From Abditibacteriota bacterium (GTDB lineage Bacteria > Armatimonadota > UBA5829), in assembly GCA_017445025.1 (NCBI GenBank), contig JAFSVJ010000028.1, forward strand, positions 95,752 to 159,751: a stretch of DNA of 64,000 nt. The letters run 5' to 3'. Shown piece after piece: positions 8,269 to 18,244 of this stretch; position 1 is the first letter of the stretch; each line of letters opens with the position of its first letter. The position numbers were made by a program, and so were the translations under genes. Below the pieces are notes generated by a model. The model was not told the DNA's origin. It did no database searches and was given only the letters and a program-made list of their open reading frames with translations.

Positions 8269-9309
8269 TTATTCATTATTCTTATACTCGCTTGGGATTA
8301 GTTTGTGTTTTATTATTTTGTTATACTCTATTAAAGGTTTATTTTGAATTATACCCTCTAATAACTCCATAGTCGCCCTTCCCATTTCATATAAATCAAA
8401 TTCCAGTCTTGTAATATTATACTTACCTGTATAGCTCCAATTTATATTTGAATGAGTTATAATAGGAGTATCTTTAAATATATGAGGATAATCATCAAAA
8501 TATTCTGATGTTATCTTGAACAAATTATCGTCCAAAAACACTACCATATCAGGCTTTTCTTTTATGTTATCCAATATATTTACTATTTCTTCTTCACCAT
8601 TATCTTCACTTTGACCATAACTTATACGATTGTTATTGTAATCACTAAATATAAAATCTTCCAACTGAAAGGGATAACTGCTGTATACATTGCTAACACT
8701 ATCTTTTCTCAAAGCCAAAGAAAATATCAAAACATTAGTGCAACCGTTTCTTTTGATTATTTTTATTATCTCTTCATGAAAATAACTAAAATCAAAGGTG
8801 ACCAAGGGATAAGGGGTTGGCAAGACACCTAAAACATCTACAATGGGTATATTGTTTGACGCAATATAATCTAAATCTTCCACTCTGCCCGCTAATGAAA
8901 TAACTCCTGCAATCTCATATTTATATGTCTCTATTAAAGTTTTAATATCTATCATTTTATTGGAAATAAAATATATAGGTGTATAATTTCTGTCAATAAT
9001 ATACTTATTTAATATTTTAAAGAAGAATCTAAAGATTTTCTTTATATCTCCTTGAGTTGCGTAATCTGTGGAAACTATAAAAATATACTTTTTTTCCTTA
9101 TTCTTCAGTGCCACAAATGTGCCTCTGCCATGCTCTCTATCTATAATCCCTTCTTTTTCAAGATCAGCATAAGCTATTCTAACGGTTCCCCTACTGATTT
9201 TTAATTCTTCCGCAAGGAGAGTTTCACTTATTATTTTATCTCCGTATTTTAAATTATTGTCTTTAATATAATCTTTTATATACTTAATTATTTCTTCTCT
9301 TTTGGTCAT
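8269..9309 (-). CDS. GntR-family transcriptional regulator with a sugar-binding-like C-terminal domain; paralog 2.
   Basis: 'YGDKIISETLLAEELKISRGTVRIAYADLEKEGIIDREHGRGTFVA'. Ribosome-binding site AGAGGTGA. Confidence 0.75.
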   Translation of the reverse strand: MTKREEIIKYIKDYIKDNNLKYGDKIISETLLAEELKISRGTVRIAYADLEKEGIIDREHGRGTFVALKNKEKKYIFIVSTDYATQGDIKKIFRFFFKILNKYIIDRNYTPIYFISNKMIDIKTLIETYKYEIAGVISLAGRVEDLDYIASNNIPIVDVLGVLPTPYPLVTFDFSYFHEEIIKIIKRNGCTNVLIFSLALRKDSVSNVYSSYPFQLEDFIFSDYNNNRISYGQSEDNGEEEIVNILDNIKEKPDMVVFLDDNLFKITSEYFDDYPHIFKDTPIITHSNINWSYTGKYNITRLEFDLYEMGRATMELLEGIIQNKPLIEYNKIIKHKLIPSEYKNNE

Positions 9310-9434
9310 ATTTCACCTCTGTCAATTATATTATAATATAAAAACACATTAAAAAGCAATTTATTAAAAAATAGGTATAAACAAGTTTTTTCAAAAAAAT
9401 GAGTTTCAATAATATTTTATATATAAGATCTCCT

Positions 9435-9463
9435 TGACATTTATAATTTAAATATGGTATAAT
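9435..9463 (+). promoter_or_regulatory. Sigma70-type promoter for pilin-like gene 2: -35 TTGACA at 9435-9440, a 17-nt spacer, and an extended -10 TGGTATAAT at 9455-9463.
   Basis: Consensus hexamers with the TGn extension. Confidence 0.65.
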
Positions 9464-9486
9464 ATAATTGATAAAGAAAAATCCAA

Positions 9487-9518
9487 ACAATTAATAGGTA
9501 TATACAAGTTAATTGTTT
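9487..9518. promoter_or_regulatory. Candidate operator palindrome AACAATTAA-TAGGTATATACAAG-TTAATTGTT between the -10 and the ribosome-binding site of pilin-like gene 2.
   Basis: 9-bp perfect arms; the centre contains the palindrome GTATATAC. Confidence 0.5.
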
Positions 9519-9546
9519 AGATTAAAAATTTAGGAGGAACATTACC

Positions 9547-10242
9547 ATGTTCAAAAAAGGATTTACCCTTATAGAATTGTTGGTTGTAATAGCAATTATA
9601 GCCATTCTTGCTGCAATTCTATTCCCCGTTTTCGCTCAAGCAAGAGAAAAGGCCAGACAAACCAGTTGTTTGTCAAATTGTAAACAAATAGGAACAGCGC
9701 TTCAACTTTATGTTGATGACTATGATGAAACTGTTCCGTTAATGTGGTACAACAGCAACCCATTTCCAACAGATAATTCATATCCTTGCTGTATGTTTAC
9801 CACAATGGATTTTATCTATGGCGGTCCAGCACTATGGACTACTTGGATGGATGCTATATTTCCTTATGTAAAGAATAGAAATATATTTATTTGTCCTTCC
9901 GGAGGAAAAAATCTTGCAGGTTATGGTTATAATGGTAATTTAGTTGGTGGTTATACTGTATGGACACAGGAAAACGCAAAGCCTATCAATCTCGCTCAAA
10001 TCAATAACTCTTCTCAATTAACATTTATTGGGGATACTCTCCAAGGTGGAACTTATAGTGCTATGCCTTTATCTTCTGCTTTAATTTATGCTTATAAGAA
10101 AAATATTAATAGGCATATTAGTGGTATGAATTGGACATTTTGTGATAGTCATGCTAAATACTATAAAGATTCAGCAGGACCGGCCTCTGCACCTAACGAC
10201 TGGATTTGTGCAGGAAATGTTTGGTGGGACCCTGCTGCTTAA
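9547..10242 (+). CDS. Prepilin-type N-terminal cleavage/methylation plus H-X9-D(S/G) protein; paralog 2.
   Basis: '[38 protein letters not shown]'. The C-terminal '[17 protein letters not shown]' gives H-X9-DS. Confidence 0.8.
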   Translation: MFKKGFTLIELLVVIAIIAILAAILFPVFAQAREKARQTSCLSNCKQIGTALQLYVDDYDETVPLMWYNSNPFPTDNSYPCCMFTTMDFIYGGPALWTTWMDAIFPYVKNRNIFICPSGGKNLAGYGYNGNLVGGYTVWTQENAKPINLAQINNSSQLTFIGDTLQGGTYSAMPLSSALIYAYKKNINRHISGMNWTFCDSHAKYYKDSAGPASAPNDWICAGNVWWDPAA

Positions 10243-10262
10243 TTAAAAAATAAAAAACTATT

Positions 10263-10289
10263 AGGGGGATATATTCCCCTTTTTTTTTG
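10263..10289 (+). terminator. Rho-independent terminator (AGGGGGATATATTCCCCT followed by T9).
   Basis: Perfect hairpin followed by a T-run. Confidence 0.7.
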
Positions 10290-10352
10290 TAATAAAATAA
10301 TAAATATGATATAATATAATTAAGTAAAAAAATATTTTTTAGGGAGATTACA

Positions 10353-11657
10353 ATGAAAATTTTACTGAACATATTCTTATTAGTTCTACTCACGGGAATG
10401 TTATTGGCTCAAAACAACAGTGCATATATATCAGATGTATATTCAAAACAAGTTCCTCACATAGATAAAAACGGGAATATCCTAACAAAATATGACGAAA
10501 AGAAATCCTTTTTCCCTATTGCAATGTGGGGAGTACCTACATCCGAGGAAGTCTATGGCAAAACCTATAATTGGAACATATTAAAAAAAGCGGGCTACAA
10601 TACAGTTTGGCCCTGGCCCTCAGAAAACAGAGTTGCACAGTTAGACAAAGGAGCTGAATATGGCTTTCAAGTTGTCCTTATGAACCCCATAAGCGACGAA
10701 TCCCTTCCCTTAATTAATAATCATCCTAATCTTTTGGGAAACTGTTGGAGAGACGAACCTATAGGTCAATTAGGCCCTAAAATGCAAAGTATTTTTGATG
10801 ATTTTACTCAATATAAAGATAAAGCCAAGAAATTAGCTCCAAAACTAAAAGTTTTTGTTAACGATGCACCTTGGATAACAGAACCCGCCACAGAATGGTG
10901 GATCAAGTGGAACAAGGCGGGAGACATCTCTTGTCACGATTCCTATCCTGTTTACAACAAAGACGGAGAAGCCGCAAGATCTTTGGGAACAGGCATCAAT
11001 ATGCCGGCATCTATGAACTTGGCTGTATCTTCTACCGATGAAAAAATGCCTGTTTGGCTTATAGTGGGAGCCTTTACCCAACCTAATGAATACGGTAACA
11101 GTTATCCTTTCAGACACCCTACCCCCAACCAACTTCGTTCCTGTGTTTATACAGCTATAGAACATGGTGCTACAGGAATAACCTACTTTATATGGGACAG
11201 CTATATTTCAAGAGAAGGTCAGTGTATAGGTATGTCACCGGATCCTCAAACAGATATGGGAAACGGAGATTCCAAATATGTAATAGCCAAGCCCATTGAT
11301 TTAATAAATGCAAAAGCTAATTGGGAAATGGCTACTCAAATCAACAGAGAACTTAAGGAACTTGCTCCTATCATCTTAACTCCCACTGATACAAAAACTC
11401 AGTTTACAGTTAAAATTACAGGAAAAGGGGTAACGGAGCAACCTATTCACTGTATGCTTAAAAAAGACCCGGAAGGTGGCTGGATACTCTTTACAACCAA
11501 TATAGACGCTTCTTTCTTAAAGGTGGAATATACTTTTATGACATCTATCACAGAAGCAAAGGCTTTGTATGAAAACCAAAAGCCTTTAACAGTTGAAAAC
11601 GATACATTTTCTCTGTCATACGAACCCTTTGAAACACATATAATAAAGATAAAATAA
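10353..11657 (+). CDS. Secreted protein; first of a tandem pair of paralogs. Possible TIM-barrel glycoside hydrolase ('GNCWRDEPIG', 'HGATGITYFIWDS').
   Basis: Signal peptide present. Roughly 45% identical to the product of 11902..13254. Possible NEP-like acid/base motif 'DEP'. Confidence 0.45.
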   Translation: MKILLNIFLLVLLTGMLLAQNNSAYISDVYSKQVPHIDKNGNILTKYDEKKSFFPIAMWGVPTSEEVYGKTYNWNILKKAGYNTVWPWPSENRVAQLDKGAEYGFQVVLMNPISDESLPLINNHPNLLGNCWRDEPIGQLGPKMQSIFDDFTQYKDKAKKLAPKLKVFVNDAPWITEPATEWWIKWNKAGDISCHDSYPVYNKDGEAARSLGTGINMPASMNLAVSSTDEKMPVWLIVGAFTQPNEYGNSYPFRHPTPNQLRSCVYTAIEHGATGITYFIWDSYISREGQCIGMSPDPQTDMGNGDSKYVIAKPIDLINAKANWEMATQINRELKELAPIILTPTDTKTQFTVKITGKGVTEQPIHCMLKKDPEGGWILFTTNIDASFLKVEYTFMTSITEAKALYENQKPLTVENDTFSLSYEPFETHIIKIK

Positions 11658-11758
11658 AAACAAAAAGCAAATCTTAAATATGAAATAAAGAATATAAAAC
11701 AAAAAATAAAAAATATGTCTATCAACTATAAGAAAATCTTAGGTTAAAGGAATTTCCA

Positions 11759-11816
11759 CCCCCCCGTCATTTGCCTTTGGCAAATGACACCCCCCAATCT
11801 TACGATTAGGGGGACA
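11759..11816 (+). repeat. C/G-clamped double-hairpin element, copy 2.
   Basis: CCCCCCGTCATTTGCCTTTGGCAAATGACACCCCCCAATCTTACGATTAGGGGGACAG. Confidence 0.7.
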
Positions 11817-11901
11817 GATTTTACATTTTCTATTTTATATTTTCTATTTAAAAATAATTTTGTGATGACAAAGCATAAACAAAGAAATTCAAGGACAGAT
11901 T

Positions 11902-13254
11902 ATGAAAATACTACTTTATTTATTAATATTTTTAATCTCAGTTTCATCTATTTTAGCTGATGAATTTGAAACTTTGAGAAAAAATCAAAGAAATTTCAAC
12001 AGCATTCAGTTAATATATCAAGACGGTGTCCCTCACACAGACAAAACCGGCAACATTCTAATGGAATATGACAAAGAAAAATCTTTTTTTACCATTGCAG
12101 CTTGGGGTGTTCCTCTGCACGGTGAGCAATTGGGAGAGACTTATGACTGGCAACTCCTAAAAGACGCCGGATTTAACACTGTATGGCCCTATCCTATTTA
12201 CCCTATAGATAAACAGATAGAAGCTTTTGAGAAATTTGATATGCAAGGAATTATTTTACACCCTATAAATGATGAAGATTTGCTCAAAACCATAGGAAAC
12301 AGTCACATACTGGGTAATTGCTTTAAAGACGAGCCAATAGGCCTTGTAGGCTCATATTATGAAGATAATACGCCAAAATCAGATAAAATTTTTAAAGACT
12401 ATTTGGACTACAAAGCTCACGCTCAAGAAATCAATCCCAATCTAAAGATCTTTGTAAATGATTGCACCTGGAACACAGAACCAGCCACAAGTTGGTGGGT
12501 TAAGTGGAACACTGCAGGAGACATTCAATGTCAAGACGCCTATCCCATTACTTTGGATGAAGAAGGAGCTACAAGAACCTTAGCTCACAATAATATAGAC
12601 CTACCTAATTCGGTAGCTTGGGCTACAGCTATAAACAAAGAACAAAAACCTGTATGGCTTATTGTAGGTCCCTTCTCTCAAGTAGATAATTACGGTGGTG
12701 GTTCCTGTTTCAGGTGGCCTACTCCAAACCAACTCCGCTCTTGTGTTTATGCGGGAATTGAACACGGTGCAACAGGAATAATCTATTTTATATGGGACAG
12801 TTTCATATCAAGGGAAGGACGAGTTATAGGTATGAGCCCTAATCCTAAGGTTAAAATGGCTGAAGCAGATAAATATGTGGTAGCTAAGCCTCAAGACCTT
12901 GTAAACTCAAAAGCTATGTGGGAAACCACCAAACAGATAAACAAAGAGCTTAAGGAACTTGCTCCCTACATTCTGTCAAAAACTGTCAAAGAAAAAACTT
13001 ATAGTGTAAAGATAGAAGGCAAATTTATAAGCCCCAACGGTTTAAGATGTCTTCTAAAACAGGACGGAGAAGGTGGATATATTTTGTTTGCCACAAATAT
13101 AGACGCAGCTTGGCTACAAGCAGAATTTACTTTTGAAAAAGAGTTTTTATTAGCGGAAACCATGTTTGAAGACGGAAAGATTTTAGGCAAAGCCGACAAA
13201 GTCTTCAAAGCTGATTTTGACCCCTTTGAAACACATATAATACATATAAGATAA
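11902..13254 (+). CDS. Secreted protein; second of the tandem paralog pair. Possible glycoside hydrolase.
   Basis: 'GNCFKDEPIG', 'NQLRSCVYAGIEHGATGIIYFIWDS'; paralog of 10353..11657. Confidence 0.45.
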   Translation: MKILLYLLIFLISVSSILADEFETLRKNQRNFNSIQLIYQDGVPHTDKTGNILMEYDKEKSFFTIAAWGVPLHGEQLGETYDWQLLKDAGFNTVWPYPIYPIDKQIEAFEKFDMQGIILHPINDEDLLKTIGNSHILGNCFKDEPIGLVGSYYEDNTPKSDKIFKDYLDYKAHAQEINPNLKIFVNDCTWNTEPATSWWVKWNTAGDIQCQDAYPITLDEEGATRTLAHNNIDLPNSVAWATAINKEQKPVWLIVGPFSQVDNYGGGSCFRWPTPNQLRSCVYAGIEHGATGIIYFIWDSFISREGRVIGMSPNPKVKMAEADKYVVAKPQDLVNSKAMWETTKQINKELKELAPYILSKTVKEKTYSVKIEGKFISPNGLRCLLKQDGEGGYILFATNIDAAWLQAEFTFEKEFLLAETMFEDGKILGKADKVFKADFDPFETHIIHIR

Positions 13255-13295
13255 AGCAGAAAGCAGAAAATTAAATTTGCGTTGCAAATTTAAAA

Positions 13296-13362
13296 TCAAT
13301 AATCAAAAATCAAAATCGTGGTGCGACCCACCACGTGTTGTAATTTGTGATTTGTGATTTGG
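13296..13362. repeat. Short palindromic element: AATCAAAAATCAAAATC + a GTGGTGCGACCCACCAC hairpin + GATTTGTGATTTGTGATT.
   Basis: Same family as 18092..18166, 26442..26660, 39013..39060 and 46148..46312. Confidence 0.55.
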
Positions 13363-13486
13363 AAAATTAATAATTAATTTTCCATTATATCTTAAAACTT
13401 GTTTTTCTTTTTATTTTTTGATAAAATATATATGAAAGGTATTCTACTATTAAAAATAAATACAAAAGCATACACAGAGTTTTAAT

Positions 13487-14689
13487 ATGAAAATAAAAGT
13501 TGTTGATTTTAACGAATTACCGGTTCACGATACCACTTGGGCTTTATGCGGTGGTATTCACGGAGAAGCCTATGTGGGAGCCTGTTGCGAACACATAGGA
13601 GGTGTCAACGCTGTTGTTGTTCGCTACAATTCCGACGGCACAAGAGAGCCTCTTATGGATATGGGAGATATTGCCGGACAGCCCGCCGACAACGGACGTG
13701 CCACACAGTGCAAAGTCCACGACTCTCTCTTTGTAGATTATGACGGACTTCTCTATGCCGCTACTCACTTAAGCGGTCCTCCCGTCAACCAAATCATTTA
13801 CAACCCTTGGGGTAACTGGATGGACAACCATGTGTCCTTCCCGGGTGCTGTTCTCGCTGTTTATGATACAAACACAGACACTCTCATAAGCAGTGATTAT
13901 ATATACCCCCAAGAAGGTTGCAGAGCCTTAGCCCTTGACCCTATAAGAAAGAAATTATACTCCTGCACCTACCCCTTAAACCATTTCCACGTTTGGGATA
14001 TTGAGAAAAAGCAAGACACAGACTACGGAAGAGTGGGAGCTGTAAACCCTATTTGTATATGGGTTGACAGTAAGGGAAACGGATACCACTGTGACGATTT
14101 CGGCAGAGTTATACGCTTTAATGCAGAAACAGAAAGATTGGAATTCACGGAAGCCTTTACAACTTACCCCAAAAAATCTCAAGGTGGTTGGCACAATGTT
14201 TCTTACGATATAGTAAATACAAAAGAAAAAGATGTGGTTGTCGGTGTCAGCTGGAACTCTTATCCACATCTTTGGAAATATGATATGACCTGTGATAAAA
14301 CAGAAGATTTAGGACCTATCCACCTAAACACAACGGGTAAAGAAGCGCCTCGTATTAACAACTCCCATGTGGCAGGTCTGTGCTTCGGCCCCGACGACAA
14401 ACTATATATGTTTGGAATGACAGAAAACAATGACCTTCCCGGACAGGCCTTAACTCACATTCTTCGCTATACTATGGAAACCGGTGAGTGGGAAGACTTA
14501 GGTCCTCTTGTAGACGACAAGGGAGAAAAGGTTTGGTATATCTCCAGAGCTGTTTGGATAAACAGAAGAGAAATTGTGGGAGCTATAGTGGGCAGAGTGC
14601 CTACAGGAGTGGCTCACATAATTTTTGATGACAATGAAATAGATGACAAAGGGGATAAAAACTTCCCACAACTGAGGATTTGGGGATAA
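13487..14689 (+). CDS. Hypothetical protein, possibly a beta-propeller fold. Local GC content is clearly higher than the surroundings.
   Basis: Long ORF. The compositional shift also produces spurious overlapping ORFs in other frames. Confidence 0.5.
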   Translation: MKIKVVDFNELPVHDTTWALCGGIHGEAYVGACCEHIGGVNAVVVRYNSDGTREPLMDMGDIAGQPADNGRATQCKVHDSLFVDYDGLLYAATHLSGPPVNQIIYNPWGNWMDNHVSFPGAVLAVYDTNTDTLISSDYIYPQEGCRALALDPIRKKLYSCTYPLNHFHVWDIEKKQDTDYGRVGAVNPICIWVDSKGNGYHCDDFGRVIRFNAETERLEFTEAFTTYPKKSQGGWHNVSYDIVNTKEKDVVVGVSWNSYPHLWKYDMTCDKTEDLGPIHLNTTGKEAPRINNSHVAGLCFGPDDKLYMFGMTENNDLPGQALTHILRYTMETGEWEDLGPLVDDKGEKVWYISRAVWINRREIVGAIVGRVPTGVAHIIFDDNEIDDKGDKNFPQLRIWG

Positions 14690-15240
14690 ATAAATGCACA
14701 ATATACCCCCCACGATGAAAAACTTTTTGTTTTTCATCGTTGCCCCCCTCGGGGGGCAAAAGGGTTTTCCCTTTAACTTTGGATATGTTTATAAATTTAC
14801 GCTCTTAATAATAAGAAAATTTCCCTTTACCTCCCTTTTTTCCTATGGCTCTTTTTGAGCAAATCCAAAATCTTGAGACTTATTTATAAACACCTTTTTT
14901 GGTAGTATATTTTATTCTCTGTCTTCGAATGTTCATAAAATACACCACCAAAAAAGATGTTATGTAATAGGCTTATCTAAATTTTAATTTCGTATTTGCT
15001 CAAATTCCAAGGGCTCCCGAAAAGTCGTAGCGTAGCAAGACTTTTTGGGAATGGAAAAATAACCATAACAAAAAAAGGGGCGTTCCTTAATTTAAAGGCT
15101 GGCTTCGGTTAATTGACTCTTTAATCACGGGAAATAAGAGCAAGAAGGGAAACTTGAGCCTCCTTTAAGTAGAATTCACACCTCTTGCAAATTCACATAA
15201 AAATAGAGCAAAACTATTCACAATATATTAGGTTATTATT

Positions 15241-16380
15241 ATGATAGATCTTAGTCAAAAGAAATTTCCCGATAGGGAAAGAGAAATGAACAAGAAAAAA
15301 ATAGGCAGACCTATTCACAATTCCGCCTTTGATACTTTCGTCAAAGAAGGGTCTCTATATGTCCGTTCCATAAACTGCAACAGGCAAATAAAAGATATAG
15401 ATTTTTATTCTTCCAATATTACAACCTTAGCATATAACAATGGATATATTATAGGTGCCACCTCCGGAGAGAAAAGTGTTATTTTCTTACAAGTTCTCCA
15501 CTCAGCCTATGACTGTGCCGCCCCCATATATGAACTAAAGGAAACCAACAATACAGTAGGAATAGCTACCATATCCCTAACTGATATCATAATAGGTTCC
15601 AATAATGATAAAGGTAATATTATCAAAATCACAGGCGTTCACGGCTACGGTGATGTTATTCAGGAGTGGGACTACCCCTACCCTGAAGAAGAAAAATTAT
15701 TAGAAATTCCGGATAAAATCCTCACCTTTAAACAGAGCAAGAAAGATAAAAATATAGTTTACATTATCACAGACACAGGAAAATTTATTATATATAATAT
15801 TGAAGAAAATTCTTTAAATAAAATAGGTATTCTCTCCGAAAACTTCTTCTCAAAAGTAATTTGTGAAGGAGACGATGGTAATGTATATCTGTTTAAGGAA
15901 TTAGGTGGAATCCTTATCTATAAAGATAATAAAATTGAGGAAACAGGTATAAAAATCCCTTGCTTCCCGGGAAAAGGCCCCTATGCCAAAATCTCTGCTG
16001 CTATATGGAAAGATAACACCCTTATTGTGGGAGATACAGAAGGTTTATTGTCAAAGGTTATATTGCCAAACGAAGAGTGTAAAAATGAAATTATACCTCT
16101 CGGAAAGCCCACATCTGTAGGCGGAATTGATTTTCTTGTTGAAATAACAGACGGAAGAATTTACGGAGTTGCGGGAAGTTTTGATGGAATGGCTCATCTA
16201 TTCTTGTATAATCCCAAAAAGCACTCCATAAAAGATTTGGGTGTTTGTTGTGCCACAGTGGAAAAGGGCTGGTATGGTTATGTTATAGGTGATATGGTTG
16301 TCTGCCCCGACGGACACATTGTTTTAGGTGAAAACGATAAACTTGGTTGCCTATTCCACTATTACCCCCCGATTGTGTAA
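15241..16380 (+). CDS. Hypothetical protein, possibly a beta-propeller, distantly similar to the product of 13487..14689.
   Basis: Long ORF with a shared C-terminal pattern (…G..G.AHL..Y…DLG…). Confidence 0.45.
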   Translation: MIDLSQKKFPDREREMNKKKIGRPIHNSAFDTFVKEGSLYVRSINCNRQIKDIDFYSSNITTLAYNNGYIIGATSGEKSVIFLQVLHSAYDCAAPIYELKETNNTVGIATISLTDIIIGSNNDKGNIIKITGVHGYGDVIQEWDYPYPEEEKLLEIPDKILTFKQSKKDKNIVYIITDTGKFIIYNIEENSLNKIGILSENFFSKVICEGDDGNVYLFKELGGILIYKDNKIEETGIKIPCFPGKGPYAKISAAIWKDNTLIVGDTEGLLSKVILPNEECKNEIIPLGKPTSVGGIDFLVEITDGRIYGVAGSFDGMAHLFLYNPKKHSIKDLGVCCATVEKGWYGYVIGDMVVCPDGHIVLGENDKLGCLFHYYPPIV

Positions 16381-16760
16381 AGCAGAAAATTAAAGCAAAA
16401 AGCAAAAAGTTAAATTTGCGATGGCAAATTTAAAAATATTAAAGCATAAAGCATAAAGCATAAAAAAGTGGAGCTAAGGCTCCACTTTGGTTTTGTGGTG
16501 CTTCGCACCACTTTTGTTAAGTGGCCTCTAAATTTTTTAGTGACGACTACAGAACATAGCTAAATAAAAAACTAAAATAAAAGGCTCCCATTTGGGAGCC
16601 ATTTTTATTTAGCGTAAACCAAATTCATATTTAGTCTGACATCCCCAACAATGCCTTTCATAAATAGTTGGTTCATCCCCCGGTCCTCTTTCTATCGGTA
16701 TAACTTTTATAGATTCCTTTGGTTCTTCATAAAGACAACCATCATGTGGACAATCAGAGA

Positions 16761-17015
16761 TTACATAACAATATGTGGAACATATTTTTCTATTTTACAA
16801 TTTACTGTTCTACTGGCTAACCTTTTATACTGTTCGTAAGCAACAGGATCCTTTAAATAATCACAACCTATAACACATCCACCTACTATCCCAGTAAATG
16901 CAAAAATTCCGAAAATTGCTGCTGCCACAATCCAATCTTTATCTATTCCAATACATGTTAAAATAAGAAAAACTATTCCAAAAACAATCATAATAATAAA
17001 ATCTAACATTATCAT
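16761..17015 (-). CDS. Small membrane protein (84 aa, two transmembrane segments).
   Basis: Strong ribosome-binding site AAGGAGG. A Cys-rich (CPHDGC…CWGC) reading frame with no start codon continues downstream at roughly 16640-16800. Confidence 0.5.
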   Translation of the reverse strand: MIMLDFIIMIVFGIVFLILTCIGIDKDWIVAAAIFGIFAFTGIVGGCVIGCDYLKDPVAYEQYKRLASRTVNCKIEKYVPHIVM

Positions 17016-17230
17016 TTTCCTCCTTACAATTTTAATTCATATTTTTTATTTATTTAACTTGCAATTTGAATTCACAGTTAAAATATATTTCATTTTTATT
17101 TATCACTATTATATTTCTTTATAGATATATAATACTCTGTAAAAAAATAATTCACAAAAAATACTAATCGTCATTTGAATAAAACTCACATTCCTTGACA
17201 ACAATAAAATGACGGAAAAATGTTTATTTA

Positions 17231-17440
17231 TTAATGCCAATGAATTATACAGAGATAATGTCTTCCACACCAATTACAAATAATATCTCTTCTTAATTTA
17301 GGATAATCGTCAGGATAAGATATATATTGTGAACGTAGATGTTTTTTGTGACAGTGAGGGCAAAATGTTGCAAAATGACCTGATTTGTATCTGTAATCTA
17401 AAATTTCGCAATTTTCAACTGCATAAGGTTCCTCAAGCAT
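17231..17440 (-). CDS. Small four-cysteine zinc-ribbon protein (69 aa).
   Basis: CxxC…CPHCH…CNWCGRHY. Ribosome-binding site AGGAGA. Paralog of 17711..17926. Confidence 0.55.
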   Translation of the reverse strand: MLEEPYAVENCEILDYRYKSGHFATFCPHCHKKHLRSQYISYPDDYPKLRRDIICNWCGRHYLCIIHWH

Positions 17441-17534
17441 ATTTTTCTCCTATCTTAGTTTGATAAAAATATCAACTGTCAAGATTTTCTTGACAGTTGA
17501 TACACAGTAAAAGTATTCTATGTATGGATATTAA

Positions 17535-17690
17535 TCAATTCTTCTTACATTAGAGATTTGAACTTCTACTGTTGCATATTCCGCAAATAAAAGTCTTCTT
17601 GCATTAGTTTCACTTGAAGCTGTATAAGTTTTAACTTGTATACCCGGAATACCTTTAACTCTATACCTAATCTCATAAGTATGCATAACA
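17535..17690 (-). CDS. Small protein (51 aa), not present in the ORF track.
   Basis: ATG preceded by GGAAGGTGA. Translation: MHTYEIRYRVKGIPGIQVKTYTASSETNARRLLFAEYATVEVQISNVRRID. Confidence 0.35.
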
Positions 17691-17710
17691 TTCACCTTCC
17701 TATAATTTTA

Positions 17711-17926
17711 TTATCGCCATTCGATATAAGCATGTATATGTTCATGACAATGAGAACAATTTACAGTTGGTCCACCATGTCCTAAATAAGTAAAAGGGTG
17801 TTTTGCTGACATTACACGACCGCATTTAGGGCATACTACAACAAGGTATCCATGTCTACCATCAAAGCTTACAATTTCGCAATTAATGCAAACAGGTTCT
17901 TTATCCATTATTTTTCTCCTTCGCAT
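17711..17926 (-). CDS. Small four-cysteine zinc-ribbon protein (71 aa).
   Basis: CINCEI…CPKCG…CSHCHEH. Ribosome-binding site AAGGAG. Confidence 0.55.
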   Translation of the reverse strand: MRRRKIMDKEPVCINCEIVSFDGRHGYLVVVCPKCGRVMSAKHPFTYLGHGGPTVNCSHCHEHIHAYIEWR

Positions 17927-18091
17927 ATTTCTATGCTTTAAAATTAGTTTTTATTGGTTAGAACAAGTAAAATTTCCTTACATAACCATATATATTATAC
18001 TCAAAAAAAAAAAAAACGCAAGTTTTAAGACATAAATGGTGAAAAAAATAAAAAAATTTCATTTCGGGGCAAATAAAAAGCAAAAATAGAT

Positions 18092-18166
18092 AATCAAAAA
18101 TCAAAGTCGTGGTGCTATGCACCACGTATTTCTGCTTTTTACTTTTATTTTTTGATTTGTGATTTA
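18092..18166. repeat. AATCAAAAATCAAAGTC + GTGGTGCTATGCACCAC hairpin + TTTGATTTGTGATTT element.
   Basis: Member of the family listed at 13296. Confidence 0.5.
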
Positions 18167-18244
18167 TGTAAAATTTATGGTATAATAAATATGGATTTGT
18201 AAATATAATATTGGGTGAATGTTACCTTTACTTCCAATAAAGGA

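Noticed and set aside
16382-16460. Short tandem repeats (AGCAAAA and AGCATAA units) and AAAAATTC repeats at 57780-57815 as a possible CRISPR or VNTR array
   Set aside because: Only 2-3 units of 6-8 bp with no spacers of constant length. Not CRISPR-like; probably slippage-prone low-complexity DNA.
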